Positions 9,568 through 20,646 of a DNA stretch of 64,000 nucleotides are shown in pieces; positions within the stretch are counted from its first letter, which is position 1; each line of letters starts with the position of its first letter. The notes below the pieces were generated by a model. It saw only the letters and a program-made list of their open reading frames with translations, was not told where the DNA came from and searched no databases. Position numbers and translations under genes: made by a program. Where the stretch lies: NCBI GenBank assembly GCA_964442745.1, contig CAYUAI010000001.1:69175-133174 (forward strand). The letters run 5' to 3'. The DNA is from an uncultured Chromatiales bacterium. GTDB taxonomy: Bacteria; Pseudomonadota; Gammaproteobacteria; S012-40.

Positions 9568-10839
9568 TTACGCGCCGTAAATATGCGCCTCCCAAAACGA
9601 AAAACTAAATTCCGTGGCATTTTTATTGCCAATAACTAAGGTACTAATGATATCATCCGTGTCTCCATTGAATATTGTCAGGGTACCCTCCGTCAAATTA
9701 GGCACTAACACAAACCAGGACCCAGATCCATCATCAACAAACGCGATAGGCCGGCGGCCACAATCACATTGACCGACTTCAATCACATGGCTTACTGACA
9801 TAGCCGGCAACCGTGTCGTATCAAAAATATAAAGCAAGTTTGTCTTGATGTTGTCACGCTGCACTCCCTTTCCGGTACTCGCCGTCGTGACATACAACTT
9901 ACTACCATCGGGGTTAAATCGATAAGTACTCGGATAAATGTCGGGAAAGTAATAGGCGTTTTCAATGGTTTTCGTCTCGGTGTCAAAGACAGATAAGCAG
10001 CCTTGCACATGCGCCGTATCGGATTTTCGGTCAACCCCTTTACCGATCAAATACCGGCCACTGGGATTTCCTAACAGATTACTGCTCGTGGGCATTTCAA
10101 TCGCATCTTCAACTTGATTGGTCTCCGGATTAATCACGGCTATCGTATGATATCCATTATTTAAATTATACAGCTTGCCCGTATGCTCCGAAAAAATCAT
10201 GCCATGAGGAAATGCATTATTCGGCACCATCGACGGTGCCATGCCTTCTTTTTTGGTATCAAACAAGTTGATGACATACAATATTTTCAAAAAATTTTCA
10301 GCATCCATATCATCATTAGCGATAACACTGATGGTTCCATCCACCAAATTACTCACAAACGCACGCTTCGGCAATTGAGGCCACTTTTTAGACGGCCCCA
10401 CAAATGTCGTCACATGATGACCGCGCCCCACACAAAGCGTTGCCAGCACTTTATTTTCTGGCTGCGTCACGACGGTTACCGAAGCCCCATTATCACCACA
10501 ATTCAATACATCATTGCCGGTCTCTTTGTCCCCATCATTCATATACCACATGCGTTGACCAAGGACATCCCGATAGGCATAAGCCGCAATCGCGTCTTTA
10601 GGAAAATGGGTATCAACACGAATTTCCTTCGTCACTGGATCGAGCAATAAAACCCCTTTATTATTGTCAAAATGCAAAAAAATGGGTTTTTTCTCAACAG
10701 CTAATTGCGTTTCTTCGACAACCGGGATAGAACTGACCTGCCAACGACCATCGAGCGTTAATGAAGTCAGTGTACCGACACATCCATCGCCAGAATAACA
10801 AACAAAAGACGGTATTGGCCGGTCTTGAGCATTTTGCAT
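9568..10839 (-). CDS. Hypothetical beta-propeller protein (YVTN/YncE-like repeats), no obvious signal peptide
   Basis: 423-aa ORF with recurring propeller-blade-like segments (KLYNLNNGYHTIAVINPETNQV, NPDGSKLYVTTAS, GTLTIFNG). I recognise no catalytic motif. Confidence 0.55.
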   Translation of the reverse strand: MQNAQDRPIPSFVCYSGDGCVGTLTSLTLDGRWQVSSIPVVEETQLAVEKKPIFLHFDNNKGVLLLDPVTKEIRVDTHFPKDAIAAYAYRDVLGQRMWYMNDGDKETGNDVLNCGDNGASVTVVTQPENKVLATLCVGRGHHVTTFVGPSKKWPQLPKRAFVSNLVDGTISVIANDDMDAENFLKILYVINLFDTKKEGMAPSMVPNNAFPHGMIFSEHTGKLYNLNNGYHTIAVINPETNQVEDAIEMPTSSNLLGNPSGRYLIGKGVDRKSDTAHVQGCLSVFDTETKTIENAYYFPDIYPSTYRFNPDGSKLYVTTASTGKGVQRDNIKTNLLYIFDTTRLPAMSVSHVIEVGQCDCGRRPIAFVDDGSGSWFVLVPNLTEGTLTIFNGDTDDIISTLVIGNKNATEFSFSFWEAHIYGA

Positions 10840-10961
10840 AATTTGTCCCTCAACATAAATTTTAAATATCGATTCAGTATATTCGTTGCAATAGCACTTT
10901 AATTTGATAAAACCATCTTACATTACAGATTAGCAATAAGATCATACGGCCTCTTGACGAA

Positions 10962-12479
10962 TTAACGATTATTATGCAATTCAATCACTTCTTGCTCTAG
11001 CGATTCTTGTTCATTTTTTTGTTTTTGGGCATCACTACGCTGAACTTCCAAACTTGCCAAATAGGCTTCAGAGATATCACCCGTCACATAATCACCATTA
11101 AAGCATGAAGCATCAAATTGACTGACGACTGAAGCAGAACGCCGAGTCGCTGTAATTAAATCCTCTAAATCCTGATAGATCAACCAATCGGCACCAATCG
11201 CCTCAGCAATTTGTTTTTCATCACGGTTGTAGCCAATTAATTCATCGGTCGTTGGCATGTCAATACCATAGACATTGGGATATCGAACGGGGGGTGCCGC
11301 TGAGGCGAAAAAAACATTTTTTGCCCCTGCCTCTCTTGCCATTTGAATAATTTGCTTTGAGGTCGTGCCACGCACAATCGAATCATCCACTAACAAAACA
11401 TTTTTACCTTTAAACTCCAGCTCGATGGGGTTTAATTTTTGCCTGACCGACTTCTTACGCTGAACCTGCCCCGGCATAATAAATGTTCGACCAATATAGC
11501 GGTTTTTAATAAACCCCTCTCGATACTTAACTTCCAAGGTATAAGACAATTGCAAAGCCGCGGTACGACTGGTATCTGGAATAGGAATCACTACATCGAT
11601 ATTATGATTAGGCATTTCACGCTGAATTTTATGCGCCAAATGCTCCCCCATGCGTAGTCGGGCTTTATACACAGAAATACCATCCATAATAGAGTCTGGA
11701 CGTGCAAAGTACACATATTCAAATAAGCATGGCGATAATACTGGGTGATCGGCGCACTGCTGGGTTTTAATATGTCCATCCATACTCACAAAAACCGCCT
11801 CACCTGGCTCGACATCACGAATAAACTCAAAACCTGCGGAATTAATCGCAACACTTTCTGAGGCAATCATATAGTCAGTCTTACCATTGCCTGTGCGTTG
11901 CCCGAATACCAAGGGTCGTATCCCATTGGGGTCACGAAAAGCGACAATCCCAAATCCGATAATCATGGCAACGACGGCGTAAGCACCCCGACAGCGTTGA
12001 TGAACCGCCTTGACTGCCGTAAAAATATCATTTTCATCAATACGCAATTTATCACGGGCCTGCAACTCATGAGCAAAAACATTGAGTAGAATTTCAGAAT
12101 CTGAACCGGTATTAATATGCCGCAAATCCTCCTGAAACAAACCTTCTTTTAATTCTTCCGCGTTGGTTAAATTACCGTTATGTGCCAAAATAATTCCATA
12201 AGGCGAATTCACATAAAAAGGCTGTGCTTCGGAAGAAGATGAACTACCTGCCGTAGGATATCGCACATGACCAACCCCCATATTGCCGCGCAACCGCAAC
12301 ATATGCCGTGTTTGGAAAACATCTCTGACCAAGCCATTGGCTTTACGTAAAAATAGACGACCTTGATCACACGTCACAATACCCGACGCGTCTTGCCCTC
12401 GATGCTGCAATACCGTTAACGCATCATAAATATCTTGGTTAACACTGGTATTGGCAACAATACCCACAATTCCACACAT
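10962..12479 (-). CDS. purF: Amidophosphoribosyltransferase
   Basis: 505 aa starting MCGIVGIV (Ntn catalytic Cys) with the PRTase motif [13 protein letters not shown]. Confidence 0.97.
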   Translation of the reverse strand: MCGIVGIVANTSVNQDIYDALTVLQHRGQDASGIVTCDQGRLFLRKANGLVRDVFQTRHMLRLRGNMGVGHVRYPTAGSSSSSEAQPFYVNSPYGIILAHNGNLTNAEELKEGLFQEDLRHINTGSDSEILLNVFAHELQARDKLRIDENDIFTAVKAVHQRCRGAYAVVAMIIGFGIVAFRDPNGIRPLVFGQRTGNGKTDYMIASESVAINSAGFEFIRDVEPGEAVFVSMDGHIKTQQCADHPVLSPCLFEYVYFARPDSIMDGISVYKARLRMGEHLAHKIQREMPNHNIDVVIPIPDTSRTAALQLSYTLEVKYREGFIKNRYIGRTFIMPGQVQRKKSVRQKLNPIELEFKGKNVLLVDDSIVRGTTSKQIIQMAREAGAKNVFFASAAPPVRYPNVYGIDMPTTDELIGYNRDEKQIAEAIGADWLIYQDLEDLITATRRSASVVSQFDASCFNGDYVTGDISEAYLASLEVQRSDAQKQKNEQESLEQEVIELHNNR

Positions 12480-12597
12480 GCCTATACTCCAACAATGGCG
12501 ATATATAATAATTCAGTTTCTAACAACATTTAAATCACTTCGCCTCTGAAAATCGCGACGTCCTAATATAATGGATTAAATATTCAGTGGTTTAATG

Positions 12598-13092
12598 TCA
12601 GTCAAAAGTCACATATTTTACTAATTCCGGTGGTAATTGCCCACGCAACCAGGGAAGCAAATGGGTAAAATAATCCACCATCACCGAGGTTTGCCACCAC
12701 GCGTGCCCAGGTAACTTGCTCATCAAGCTAGCCAATAACACCACGACACTCACCACCACCACAGCACGCGCTAAACCAAAAAGGGCACCGACCATTCGAT
12801 TAATTGTACTTAGCTTATTTTTTTTGATGAAACTACCCAATAAATAATTAACAACCGTACCAAGCATCAACGTTGTCATAAATAAAAAAATAAACGATAC
12901 GGCGATTCTTAATGCCGGCATACTTAAGTGAGGAGCCAATAACACCGTCACCTGATGCGTATAAATCATCGCGACTAACACGGCAACAATCCAAACGATC
13001 AACGATAGAAATTCCCGAACACCTCCCCGAAAAAGACTGATGCTTGTGGAAATAAGTAGGATTGACAAAATTAAGATATCAATGGGATTCAT
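12598..13092 (-). CDS. cvpA: Colicin V production membrane protein CvpA
   Basis: 164-aa four-TM protein. It occupies the E. coli dedD-cvpA-purF position. Confidence 0.9.
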   Translation of the reverse strand: MNPIDILILSILLISTSISLFRGGVREFLSLIVWIVAVLVAMIYTHQVTVLLAPHLSMPALRIAVSFIFLFMTTLMLGTVVNYLLGSFIKKNKLSTINRMVGALFGLARAVVVVSVVVLLASLMSKLPGHAWWQTSVMVDYFTHLLPWLRGQLPPELVKYVTFD

Positions 13093-13119
13093 ATTTATTT
13101 TTCAAACATCCACATCGAT

Positions 13120-13722
13120 TTAACCGTCATTGGACAACTTCACCAACAACCCTTTCAAGCCCGTTTCTGCCTGCAGTACTTTGCGTATCGCCTCAGCACG
13201 CTCTTTACTTAACTCAGGGCCGACTCGCACTCGCCAAATTATTCCATTTTTTCCGGCAACGGCAGAAACATAGACCCGAAACTGTTTTGCCCGCAATCGA
13301 TCCTGCAGCGCCTTGGCATTATTTTCTTTAGAAAAACTGGCTAACTGCACCATCCAGGTCGGTGAATAACTCGGCAACGATTCCCTGGCTGGAATGACCT
13401 CCTGTAGGGAAGGCGATGATGGTATTTTTTCCTGCGGATCAATCGCCAGGGTGGACAGAGGCAAATCACTTTGGCGTAGTGGCATTTCACGTGTCACTTC
13501 ACCGCTTGGCTGAAATTCACTCTCATTTCTTTTAAACTCACCCACCTCATCCACTCGAAAGCGCATACTTGCTACCTCTTCAGGCATGACTGGAATATTG
13601 GTTTTTTCCAAACGAATCGGATCGGCATCCTTTGGTTCGAGAAGAATTGGTATAAATATGACAGCCAACGATAATAGAACAATAGCGCCAACAATGCGAT
13701 GAGTTAGTGTCGATTCACTCAT
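13120..13722 (-). CDS. dedD: SPOR-domain cell-division protein (DedD-like)
   Basis: 200 aa with an N-terminal TM segment, a low-complexity linker and a C-terminal SPOR-like domain (WMVQLASFSKENNAKALQDRLRAKQF...WRVRVGP). Its position between folC and cvpA matches E. coli. Confidence 0.75.
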   Translation of the reverse strand: MSESTLTHRIVGAIVLLSLAVIFIPILLEPKDADPIRLEKTNIPVMPEEVASMRFRVDEVGEFKRNESEFQPSGEVTREMPLRQSDLPLSTLAIDPQEKIPSSPSLQEVIPARESLPSYSPTWMVQLASFSKENNAKALQDRLRAKQFRVYVSAVAGKNGIIWRVRVGPELSKERAEAIRKVLQAETGLKGLLVKLSNDG

Positions 13723-13728
13723 GACTCT

Positions 13729-15042
13729 TCAATTATCCTTCCTAGACTCAATGTGTTTTAAGGTCACTGATACGGTATAAAATGAACCAAAAACCAATAA
13801 TCGATCACTCGAATTCATTGCCTTCATTGCTGCTTCATAGGCCATTTCGATTTTCTGAAAACATTGCACAGCCGCTAGCGGCGATCCATCGTCGCCCTCT
13901 TGTCGATGAAAAAAATATGTCTCAACATCAGCGGCTAACATACCTCGATCGACTTGCAAATCCACCAAGAACCAATCATCAATAAGCGTTTTCAAGGGGG
14001 CAATCATCGCTGCAATGTCCTTATCTTCCAACACCCCAAAGATGGCATAGGTTTTTCCGGCACAATACATTTTAGACAAATTATCAGCCAATTGAATCGC
14101 CGCCGCCTCATTATGTGCAACATCAACAATACATGTTGGCAGACCAGGCAACACTTGAAAACGTCCAGCTAATTGAACCGATATCAAACCTTGGCGTATG
14201 TCCTGATTGCTGACGGGCAAAGCCTCTTGCAAAATATCCAACACACATAACACCGTTGCGGCATTATCTAACTGGTGTCGTCCGAATAAACGCGGCCAAG
14301 GCAAGGTATATTTTTGTTGTTGACCGCACCACCAATTCCATGTTTGTTGAGTCGCAGTCATACCAAAGTGATGATTTCGTAAATATACATGGTGACTGGC
14401 AGATTTTACCAACGCAATAATGGCCTCGGATAAATCCGTATCGCCGACCACCAAGGGTTTATCGGGACGTGAAATGCCCAATTTTTCAATGGCAATCGCT
14501 TCTCGGGTATTTCCAAGCCAATCCATGTGATCTAACGCAATACTCGTCACCACCGCCACATCCGGATCCACCAGGTTAACCGCATCTAAACGCCCACCCA
14601 GTCCCACCTCTAAAATAGCCACATCTAATGATGACTGCTGAAAAATATGAAAGGCGGCTAATGTTCCAAATTCAAAATAAGTCAAACTGATATCAGCCCG
14701 CCGCCGATCAATGCAGTGAAAAGCCTGACAAATCGATTGATCTGTCACGGCTTGACCATTCACTCGGATACGCTCATTATAATTAAATAAATGGGGCGAA
14801 GTATAACAGCCTACTCGATAATTCGCCGCCAATAAAATTGACTCAAGCATCGCGGCGGTGGACCCTTTGCCATTGGTACCAGCCACCGTAATCACAAACC
14901 GAGCGAGAGGCTGCTGCTCATTCATTAATTTTTGAGAAACCTGAGAAACACGCTCAAGTCCCATATCAATGGTTTTATTATGTAATTGAGACTGCCAATG
15001 TAACCATTGATCTAATTGCAAAAAACGCTCGCGTTGATTCAC
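13729..15042 (-). CDS. folC: Bifunctional folylpolyglutamate synthase / dihydrofolate synthase
   Basis: 437 aa with a Mur-ligase P-loop (VAGTNGKGST). It has a GTG start and lies downstream of accD. Confidence 0.93.
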   Translation of the reverse strand: MNQRERFLQLDQWLHWQSQLHNKTIDMGLERVSQVSQKLMNEQQPLARFVITVAGTNGKGSTAAMLESILLAANYRVGCYTSPHLFNYNERIRVNGQAVTDQSICQAFHCIDRRRADISLTYFEFGTLAAFHIFQQSSLDVAILEVGLGGRLDAVNLVDPDVAVVTSIALDHMDWLGNTREAIAIEKLGISRPDKPLVVGDTDLSEAIIALVKSASHHVYLRNHHFGMTATQQTWNWWCGQQQKYTLPWPRLFGRHQLDNAATVLCVLDILQEALPVSNQDIRQGLISVQLAGRFQVLPGLPTCIVDVAHNEAAAIQLADNLSKMYCAGKTYAIFGVLEDKDIAAMIAPLKTLIDDWFLVDLQVDRGMLAADVETYFFHRQEGDDGSPLAAVQCFQKIEMAYEAAMKAMNSSDRLLVFGSFYTVSVTLKHIESRKDN

Positions 15043-15059
15043 TCAATACCGCCATACAT

Positions 15060-16064
15060 TTAGTTCATCGCACTCGGTTCTGGGCGCTCACTGTCCAGTA
15101 CCTTATCGTGTTGTTCGTTTTCCCCCACATTCGATGACTCGTTTTGTTCTTTTTCTGGTGCAACACTTTTTTCTGTGACGTCAGATTCCACTTGCGGTAC
15201 AATATCCACGAGTTCAACGGGATATAACATCAACGAAATTTTAGCTATTTTTTCACGCATTTCACGCCGATCAACAATCATGTCAATGGTACCATGCTCT
15301 AATAAAAACTCACTGCGCTGAAATCCATCAGGCAATGTTTCTCGCACCGTTTGCTCGATCACACGCGGCCCCGCAAAACCAATCAATGCCTTAGGCTCAG
15401 CAATATTCACATCGCCTAACATGGCCAAACTCGCAGAGACGCCCCCCATGGTCGGGTCTGTCAATACGGAAATAAAAGGAATACCTTGTTCACTCAATTT
15501 TGCGAGGGCGGCACTGGTCTTAGCCATTTGCATCAAGGAAAATAAGGCTTCTTGCATACGCGCGCCGCCACTTGCTGAAAAACACACAAAAGGAATTTTA
15601 TCTTCCAAGCAAATATTCACTGCCCGCACAAAGCGCTCCCCCACCACCGATCCCATGGAGCCTCCCATGAACCGGAATTCAAAGGCCACGGCAACTAAAG
15701 GCACCCGGTCGACGGAGCCTTTAATGGCGATTAACGCATCTTTTTCTTCGGTCGCTTTTTGTGCTTGGCTAATGCGGTCTTTATATTTTTTACTATCTTT
15801 AAATTTTAAGGCATCCACCGGTTCAAGCACTTCACCAATTTCCGCACGGCCCTCTTTATCCAAAAACCAATCGAGCCGTTGCCTACCATAAACTCGCTCA
15901 TGGTGCCCACACTTGGGACAGACATTAAGATGGCGCTCCAGCTCGGCACGAAACAAGACCGCACTGCAACCATTACATTTTGCCCAAAGGCCTTCGGGAA
16001 CCGCACGTTTAGTCAGATTCTCCGTACGGATTTTTAAGGGCATTAATTTTTCAAACCAACTCAT
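15060..16064 (-). CDS. accD: Acetyl-CoA carboxylase carboxyltransferase beta subunit
   Basis: 334 aa starting MSWFEKL, with a Zn-ribbon (CNGCSAVLF...CPKCGHH) and a carboxyltransferase domain. The C-terminal tail is acidic. Confidence 0.96.
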   Translation of the reverse strand: MSWFEKLMPLKIRTENLTKRAVPEGLWAKCNGCSAVLFRAELERHLNVCPKCGHHERVYGRQRLDWFLDKEGRAEIGEVLEPVDALKFKDSKKYKDRISQAQKATEEKDALIAIKGSVDRVPLVAVAFEFRFMGGSMGSVVGERFVRAVNICLEDKIPFVCFSASGGARMQEALFSLMQMAKTSAALAKLSEQGIPFISVLTDPTMGGVSASLAMLGDVNIAEPKALIGFAGPRVIEQTVRETLPDGFQRSEFLLEHGTIDMIVDRREMREKIAKISLMLYPVELVDIVPQVESDVTEKSVAPEKEQNESSNVGENEQHDKVLDSERPEPSAMN

Positions 16065-16112
16065 TTATCGTTATCCGTTATATGCTAAAGAATACTCTTT
16101 CAAAATCGATTT

Positions 16113-16922
16113 TTAAATACGACGATCAATAGCTGTACGCAAGCTCGCTACAAATGCAGATAATTCCGTCAGCATTTCTGCTGGCTTATCTTGTAAAGAC
16201 TCAATGCGCTTCACGACCGCGCTGCCCACCACCACAGCATCAGCAAACTGACCAACCTCCGCTGCTGTTTGAGGATCGCTAATGCCAAAACCCACGCCGA
16301 TAGGTAAATCTGTCAAATGGCGTAATTGTTCCATTTTTTGTTTGACATCATGGACATTCAAACGGGAAGAGCCCGTCACCCCTTTTAGTGAAACATAATA
16401 GAGAAAACCGCTGGCACATTGCGCAATACGCCGTACCCGCTCATCGGTGCTCGTCGGAGCAATTAAGAAAATGGGATCAAGTGCTTGCTGATTCAAGGTT
16501 TCAATGAAATCTTTGGCTTCTTCCGGAGGCAAATCCACCGTTATCACCCCATCCACACTCGCTTTTTTGGCGCGCTCAGCAAACAAACGATACCCCATCG
16601 CCTCAATGGGATTCAGATAGCCCATCAATACCACAGGTGTATGTTGGTTTTTTGTTCGAAACAAGGCCACCATATCCAGCACCTGAGACAAACTAACACC
16701 ATGCACTAAAGCCCGCTCACAAGCCGCTTGTATGACCGGACCATCGGCCATGGGATCAGAGAAAGGCACTCCCACTTCGATGATATCTGCACCACTCTCA
16801 ACCATGGCGTGCATAATATCCACGGTACTTGAGGGTTGCGGATCACCGGCAGTAAGGTAAGGAATAAGCGCCGTCTTTTGCTTTTGTTTTAATGCCTGAA
16901 ACGTTGTACTCAGCCGGCTCAT
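16113..16922 (-). CDS. trpA: Tryptophan synthase alpha chain
   Basis: 269 aa with typical TrpA blocks ([29 protein letters not shown]). It overlaps trpB by 4 nt. Confidence 0.96.
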   Translation of the reverse strand: MSRLSTTFQALKQKQKTALIPYLTAGDPQPSSTVDIMHAMVESGADIIEVGVPFSDPMADGPVIQAACERALVHGVSLSQVLDMVALFRTKNQHTPVVLMGYLNPIEAMGYRLFAERAKKASVDGVITVDLPPEEAKDFIETLNQQALDPIFLIAPTSTDERVRRIAQCASGFLYYVSLKGVTGSSRLNVHDVKQKMEQLRHLTDLPIGVGFGISDPQTAAEVGQFADAVVVGSAVVKRIESLQDKPAEMLTELSAFVASLRTAIDRRI

Positions 16923-18115
16923 ACCTGTATCCCCTCGCGTTGCGCAACCGTGTGAATGTCTTTGTCACCACGACCCGATAAATTCACCAAAATATTGGTA
17001 TCTTTTCCGAGTTCAACCGCTAATTTAGCTGCATACGCCAAAGCATGACTCGACTCCAAAGCCGGCATGATGCCTTCAATGCGAGTTAAATCATGAAAAG
17101 CTTGCAATGCCTCATCATCGGTAATCGCCACATAATTGGCACGCCCGGTATCTTTTAACCAAGCATGTTCAGGCCCCACCCCTGGATAATCCAATCCCGC
17201 TGAGATAGAATGAGTTTCAATAATTTGCCCATTATCATCTTCCATTAAATAGGTTCGATTACCGTGCAATACCCCCGAACGACCGGCACATAGCGGTGCC
17301 GCATGACGTCCCGACGTAAGACCATCACCACCGCCTTCAACGCCATACATGGTGACTGAAGTGTCATCAATGAAAGGGTAAAATAAACCAATGGCATTGG
17401 ACCCTCCCCCCACACAAGCCACTAACGCATCAGGCAAGCGCCCTGTTTGTTCGAGCATTTGCTGGCGGGCTTCCCGACCAATAATTGCCTGAAAGTTGCG
17501 AACCAAGACAGGATAAGGATGCGGCCCAGCCACGGTACCAATAATGTAGAAGGTATTGTCAACGTTAGTCACCCAATCCCGCATGGCTTCATTGAGTGCA
17601 TCTTTTAGGGTTTTAGAGCCAGAAGTCACCGGCACCACTTCCGCCCCTAATAAACGCATTCGATAAACATTTAATGCCTGTCGCTTGATATCATCGGCCC
17701 CCATATATACCACACATTGCAAGCCAAGACGGGCAGCAACCGTTGCCGATGCCACACCATGTTGGCCAGCACCGGTTTCTGCGATAATGCGCGTTTTACC
17801 CATGCGTTTCGCCAATAGCGCTTGCCCTACCGCATTATTTATTTTATGCGCCCCCGTGTGATTTAAATCTTCACGCTTTAGATAGATATTGGCACCACCG
17901 AGCAAACTCGACCAACGTTCCGCAAAATAGATAGGGGACGGGCGACCCACATAGGTCGCTAAATCAAGATCTAATTCCTTAACAAACTCAGGATCCGTTC
18001 GAAATCGTTGATACGCTGCGTGTAGTTCATCAAGTGGCTCCATGAGGGTTTCGGCAACAAAGCGTCCACCGTAGAAGCCGAAATGACCATTTGCATCGGG
18101 TAAATTAACTGCCAT
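16919..18115 (-). CDS. trpB: Tryptophan synthase beta chain
   Basis: The PLP-lysine region HTGAHKINN and the [15 protein letters not shown]-terminal block are present. I prefer the ATG at 18115 over the TTG at 18133 used by the track. Confidence 0.96.
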   Translation of the reverse strand: MAVNLPDANGHFGFYGGRFVAETLMEPLDELHAAYQRFRTDPEFVKELDLDLATYVGRPSPIYFAERWSSLLGGANIYLKREDLNHTGAHKINNAVGQALLAKRMGKTRIIAETGAGQHGVASATVAARLGLQCVVYMGADDIKRQALNVYRMRLLGAEVVPVTSGSKTLKDALNEAMRDWVTNVDNTFYIIGTVAGPHPYPVLVRNFQAIIGREARQQMLEQTGRLPDALVACVGGGSNAIGLFYPFIDDTSVTMYGVEGGGDGLTSGRHAAPLCAGRSGVLHGNRTYLMEDDNGQIIETHSISAGLDYPGVGPEHAWLKDTGRANYVAITDDEALQAFHDLTRIEGIMPALESSHALAYAAKLAVELGKDTNILVNLSGRGDKDIHTVAQREGIQV

Positions 18116-18749
18116 CTGTTGTAACCTTATCAATTAAATTGACTTGCTTAATAAAATTTTTAATTTTTGTGGGATCTTTTATCCCTTGACTCACTTCGAC
18201 ACCGCTACTCACATCCACCGCATAAGGCTGTGTCATCGTAATCGCCCGGCCCACATTATCGACGGTCAAGCCACCCGCCAAAATAATGGGTTTCTGTAAA
18301 TTTGGGGGGATGCGATGCCAATCAAAGCGATCACCACTACCGCCACTGCCACCACTAGCATGACTATCGAGTAAAAAACCACTTGCCCCTGATAAATAAG
18401 GCTGCACGTATTCAAGGGGATCAATCCCACCGCCCATCGGCACGGCTTTGATATATGGCAAATCAAAAGCTTCACATAGAGCAACAGGCTCATTACCGTG
18501 AAATTGCAGTGAAGACAAGGACAGATGGCTGACTATTTCTTCTATTTCAATCAGCGTATTGTCCATAAACAAGCCCACCGTACTCACAAATGGCGGCAAT
18601 ACATTCAATAGCGTTTCCGCTTGTTCCAGCGTCACATGACGAACACTTTTTTTCACAAAAACCAAACCAATGGCATCAACCCCCAAGCCCGCAGCATACG
18701 ATGCATCATCGGGCCGCGTTATCCCGCATATCTTGATTCGAGTTCGCAT
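18105..18749 (-). CDS. trpF: Phosphoribosylanthranilate isomerase
   Basis: 214 aa starting [11 protein letters not shown], with a TIM-barrel PRAI pattern. It lies directly upstream of trpB. Confidence 0.92.
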   Translation of the reverse strand: MRTRIKICGITRPDDASYAAGLGVDAIGLVFVKKSVRHVTLEQAETLLNVLPPFVSTVGLFMDNTLIEIEEIVSHLSLSSLQFHGNEPVALCEAFDLPYIKAVPMGGGIDPLEYVQPYLSGASGFLLDSHASGGSGGSGDRFDWHRIPPNLQKPIILAGGLTVDNVGRAITMTQPYAVDVSSGVEVSQGIKDPTKIKNFIKQVNLIDKVTTDGS

Positions 18750-18933
18750 CCCCTTCCCCTGCCTGAAACCTATATTACAACCAATTTTGAAAATGAGCGA
18801 ATCACAGAACGACTATAAATCAACCAGTTTTTCATGTAATACATTGAATAGTATTTTTAGCTTGAGACAACACCCACCAAATCAACCGTGCCCATTATGT
18901 CCGCGCACCCGAAGCAAAACAAAAACAGATAGA

Positions 18934-19719
18934 TTACCAAACTGCGTTGCTCGGCGAAAGCTGAGGTAGAGAAAATTTATCAGGATAGGAAACTTGCTGT
19001 AAATACAAGCCATATGGTAACGCCGTCACTCCCCCTTGTGTTCGGTCTCGGTGCTCCAATACCATTTTAGCCCACCCGGGTGATTGCTTACCACAGCCGA
19101 TATCAATGAGTACACCCGCTATGTTTCTAACCATATGCTGCAAAAATGCATTGGCTTCAATAGTGATGATTATATATAAACCAAAACGCTGAACGGATAA
19201 TTCATAGATCTGCCTTATCGGCGTGCTTGCTTGGCAAGCCACCGCTCGATACGAAGAAAAGTCATGCTCACCCATCAAATCACAAGTAGCTTGAGCCATA
19301 CGTTGCTCATTAAGTGGTCTTGCTATCCAGGTGACTCGTTTTCGTAAATAGCTGGGTCTTATCGCACGATTGAAAATAATATACTGATAACGCCGTCGAA
19401 CCGCTGAAAAACGCGCATGGAAATCATGGATAACCGGTGTTGCCCATAGCACGCTCACTTGATCCGCTAAAAAACGGTTCGCTCCAAATACCCAGGCTCG
19501 GTTATCTCGCTGAACAGCTGTTTCAAAATGCACCACTTGCTCAGCCGCATGTACTCCGGTATCTGTACGTCCCGCACAAATAACCGATATTGGGCTAGCC
19601 GCTACTTTAGTCAGTGCCGCTTCGACGGCTTGCTGCACCGTTGGCACACCACACTGCGTTTGCCAGCCACAGAATGCACTGCCATCATATTCAACCCCCA
19701 TGGCAATTCTGTTTGCCAT
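18934..19719 (-). CDS. truA: tRNA pseudouridine(38-40) synthase
   Basis: Contains the conserved GWQ and GRTDTGVHA catalytic-Asp motif. I prefer the ATG at 19719 (MANRIAMGVEYDG) over the GTG at 19743. Confidence 0.93.
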   Translation of the reverse strand: MANRIAMGVEYDGSAFCGWQTQCGVPTVQQAVEAALTKVAASPISVICAGRTDTGVHAAEQVVHFETAVQRDNRAWVFGANRFLADQVSVLWATPVIHDFHARFSAVRRRYQYIIFNRAIRPSYLRKRVTWIARPLNEQRMAQATCDLMGEHDFSSYRAVACQASTPIRQIYELSVQRFGLYIIITIEANAFLQHMVRNIAGVLIDIGCGKQSPGWAKMVLEHRDRTQGGVTALPYGLYLQQVSYPDKFSLPQLSPSNAVW

Positions 19720-19747
19720 CGAACCTTCATTATTTAATATCACCGGA

Positions 19748-20446
19748 TCACGCCACCCACCAAAATAACACTATCATCAATAAAGGCACACTCCATTGAG
19801 TCCAAGGGGGACAAGATTGCGCATCAAAGCATAATTCAACGGGTTCATAAGATTGATTAAACACATTAACTAAAGGATTTAACAAGGAATTGACTAATAT
19901 ATCAAATTTATTCTGCAAGGAGTGATTCGTTACGGGTGGAGGTTTGCTCAGCCAGTCATCAGGTCGTTTATTATTTTTAATCAGTTCGAGCGTTAAAACT
20001 GTCCGCACGATAAACCGCGTCCGAGAAAACCCCAGATAGGCCAGCGGCAAACTCAGCCAATATAAACCCGCAATCATTGCCGACGTTCGGGTCGCGACAA
20101 ATAATACATTAACGGCGACCACAATGAAAACCAGCGAAATAATACGCTCAACGGCGAGTAACACACCCTCACCAGTCGGTGACAAGGTTGGCCATGTAGC
20201 AATGATAGCCTCCCCTGGGATAAACCAAAAATAAAGGATCAATATGGAGATGAAAAAAAATCGCAACCGGCGCAACATTTGCCAAGTGGCTTGAAGTGGC
20301 TTTTCTGGGAGTTGACACCAAACCAACAGTAACATGCCACCAGCGAGTAATAAAACATAGCGATGGGCCACCGCCACATTAGCAGTAAAAACAAGCAGCA
20401 TCATGACTCGAACGGCAGGATGAATGGAAATCAAAGGTGCCCGCAA
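19748..20446 (-). CDS. Polytopic membrane protein, possibly EcfT/CbiQ-like
   Basis: 232 aa with about 5 TM segments. The segment VATRTSAMIAGLYWLSLPLAYLGFSRTRFIVRTVLTLELI resembles the conserved T-component pattern. Its stop is 5 nt from the truA ORF. No ECF ATPase lies nearby. Confidence 0.45.
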   Translation of the reverse strand: MRAPLISIHPAVRVMMLLVFTANVAVAHRYVLLLAGGMLLLVWCQLPEKPLQATWQMLRRLRFFFISILILYFWFIPGEAIIATWPTLSPTGEGVLLAVERIISLVFIVVAVNVLFVATRTSAMIAGLYWLSLPLAYLGFSRTRFIVRTVLTLELIKNNKRPDDWLSKPPPVTNHSLQNKFDILVNSLLNPLVNVFNQSYEPVELCFDAQSCPPWTQWSVPLLMIVLFWWVA

Positions 20447-20511
20447 TAAGGTAAGATTTATTTTTTATTCACCGCTTTTCAATCGGTGACAATTATCAAA
20501 AAATCCAGTGG

Positions 20512-20532
20512 GTATACTCATGCTGAGTATAC
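20512..20532. promoter_or_regulatory. Perfect palindrome GTATACTCA-TGC-TGAGTATAC (candidate operator)
   Basis: 9+3+9 inverted repeat read directly from the sequence, 66 nt upstream of the 19748-20446 ORF start. The same core (ATACTCA..TGAGTAT) recurs at 37340-37361. Confidence 0.45.
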
Positions 20533-20646
20533 ATAATGGCTAATATGCTTTCTATACACCGAGCAAACCATCTTCACGTATTGCGTTCGTTAAAGAAAGA
20601 ACGCCAAAATAGTTCACTAAACATATACTCCATAACCAGTAATATA

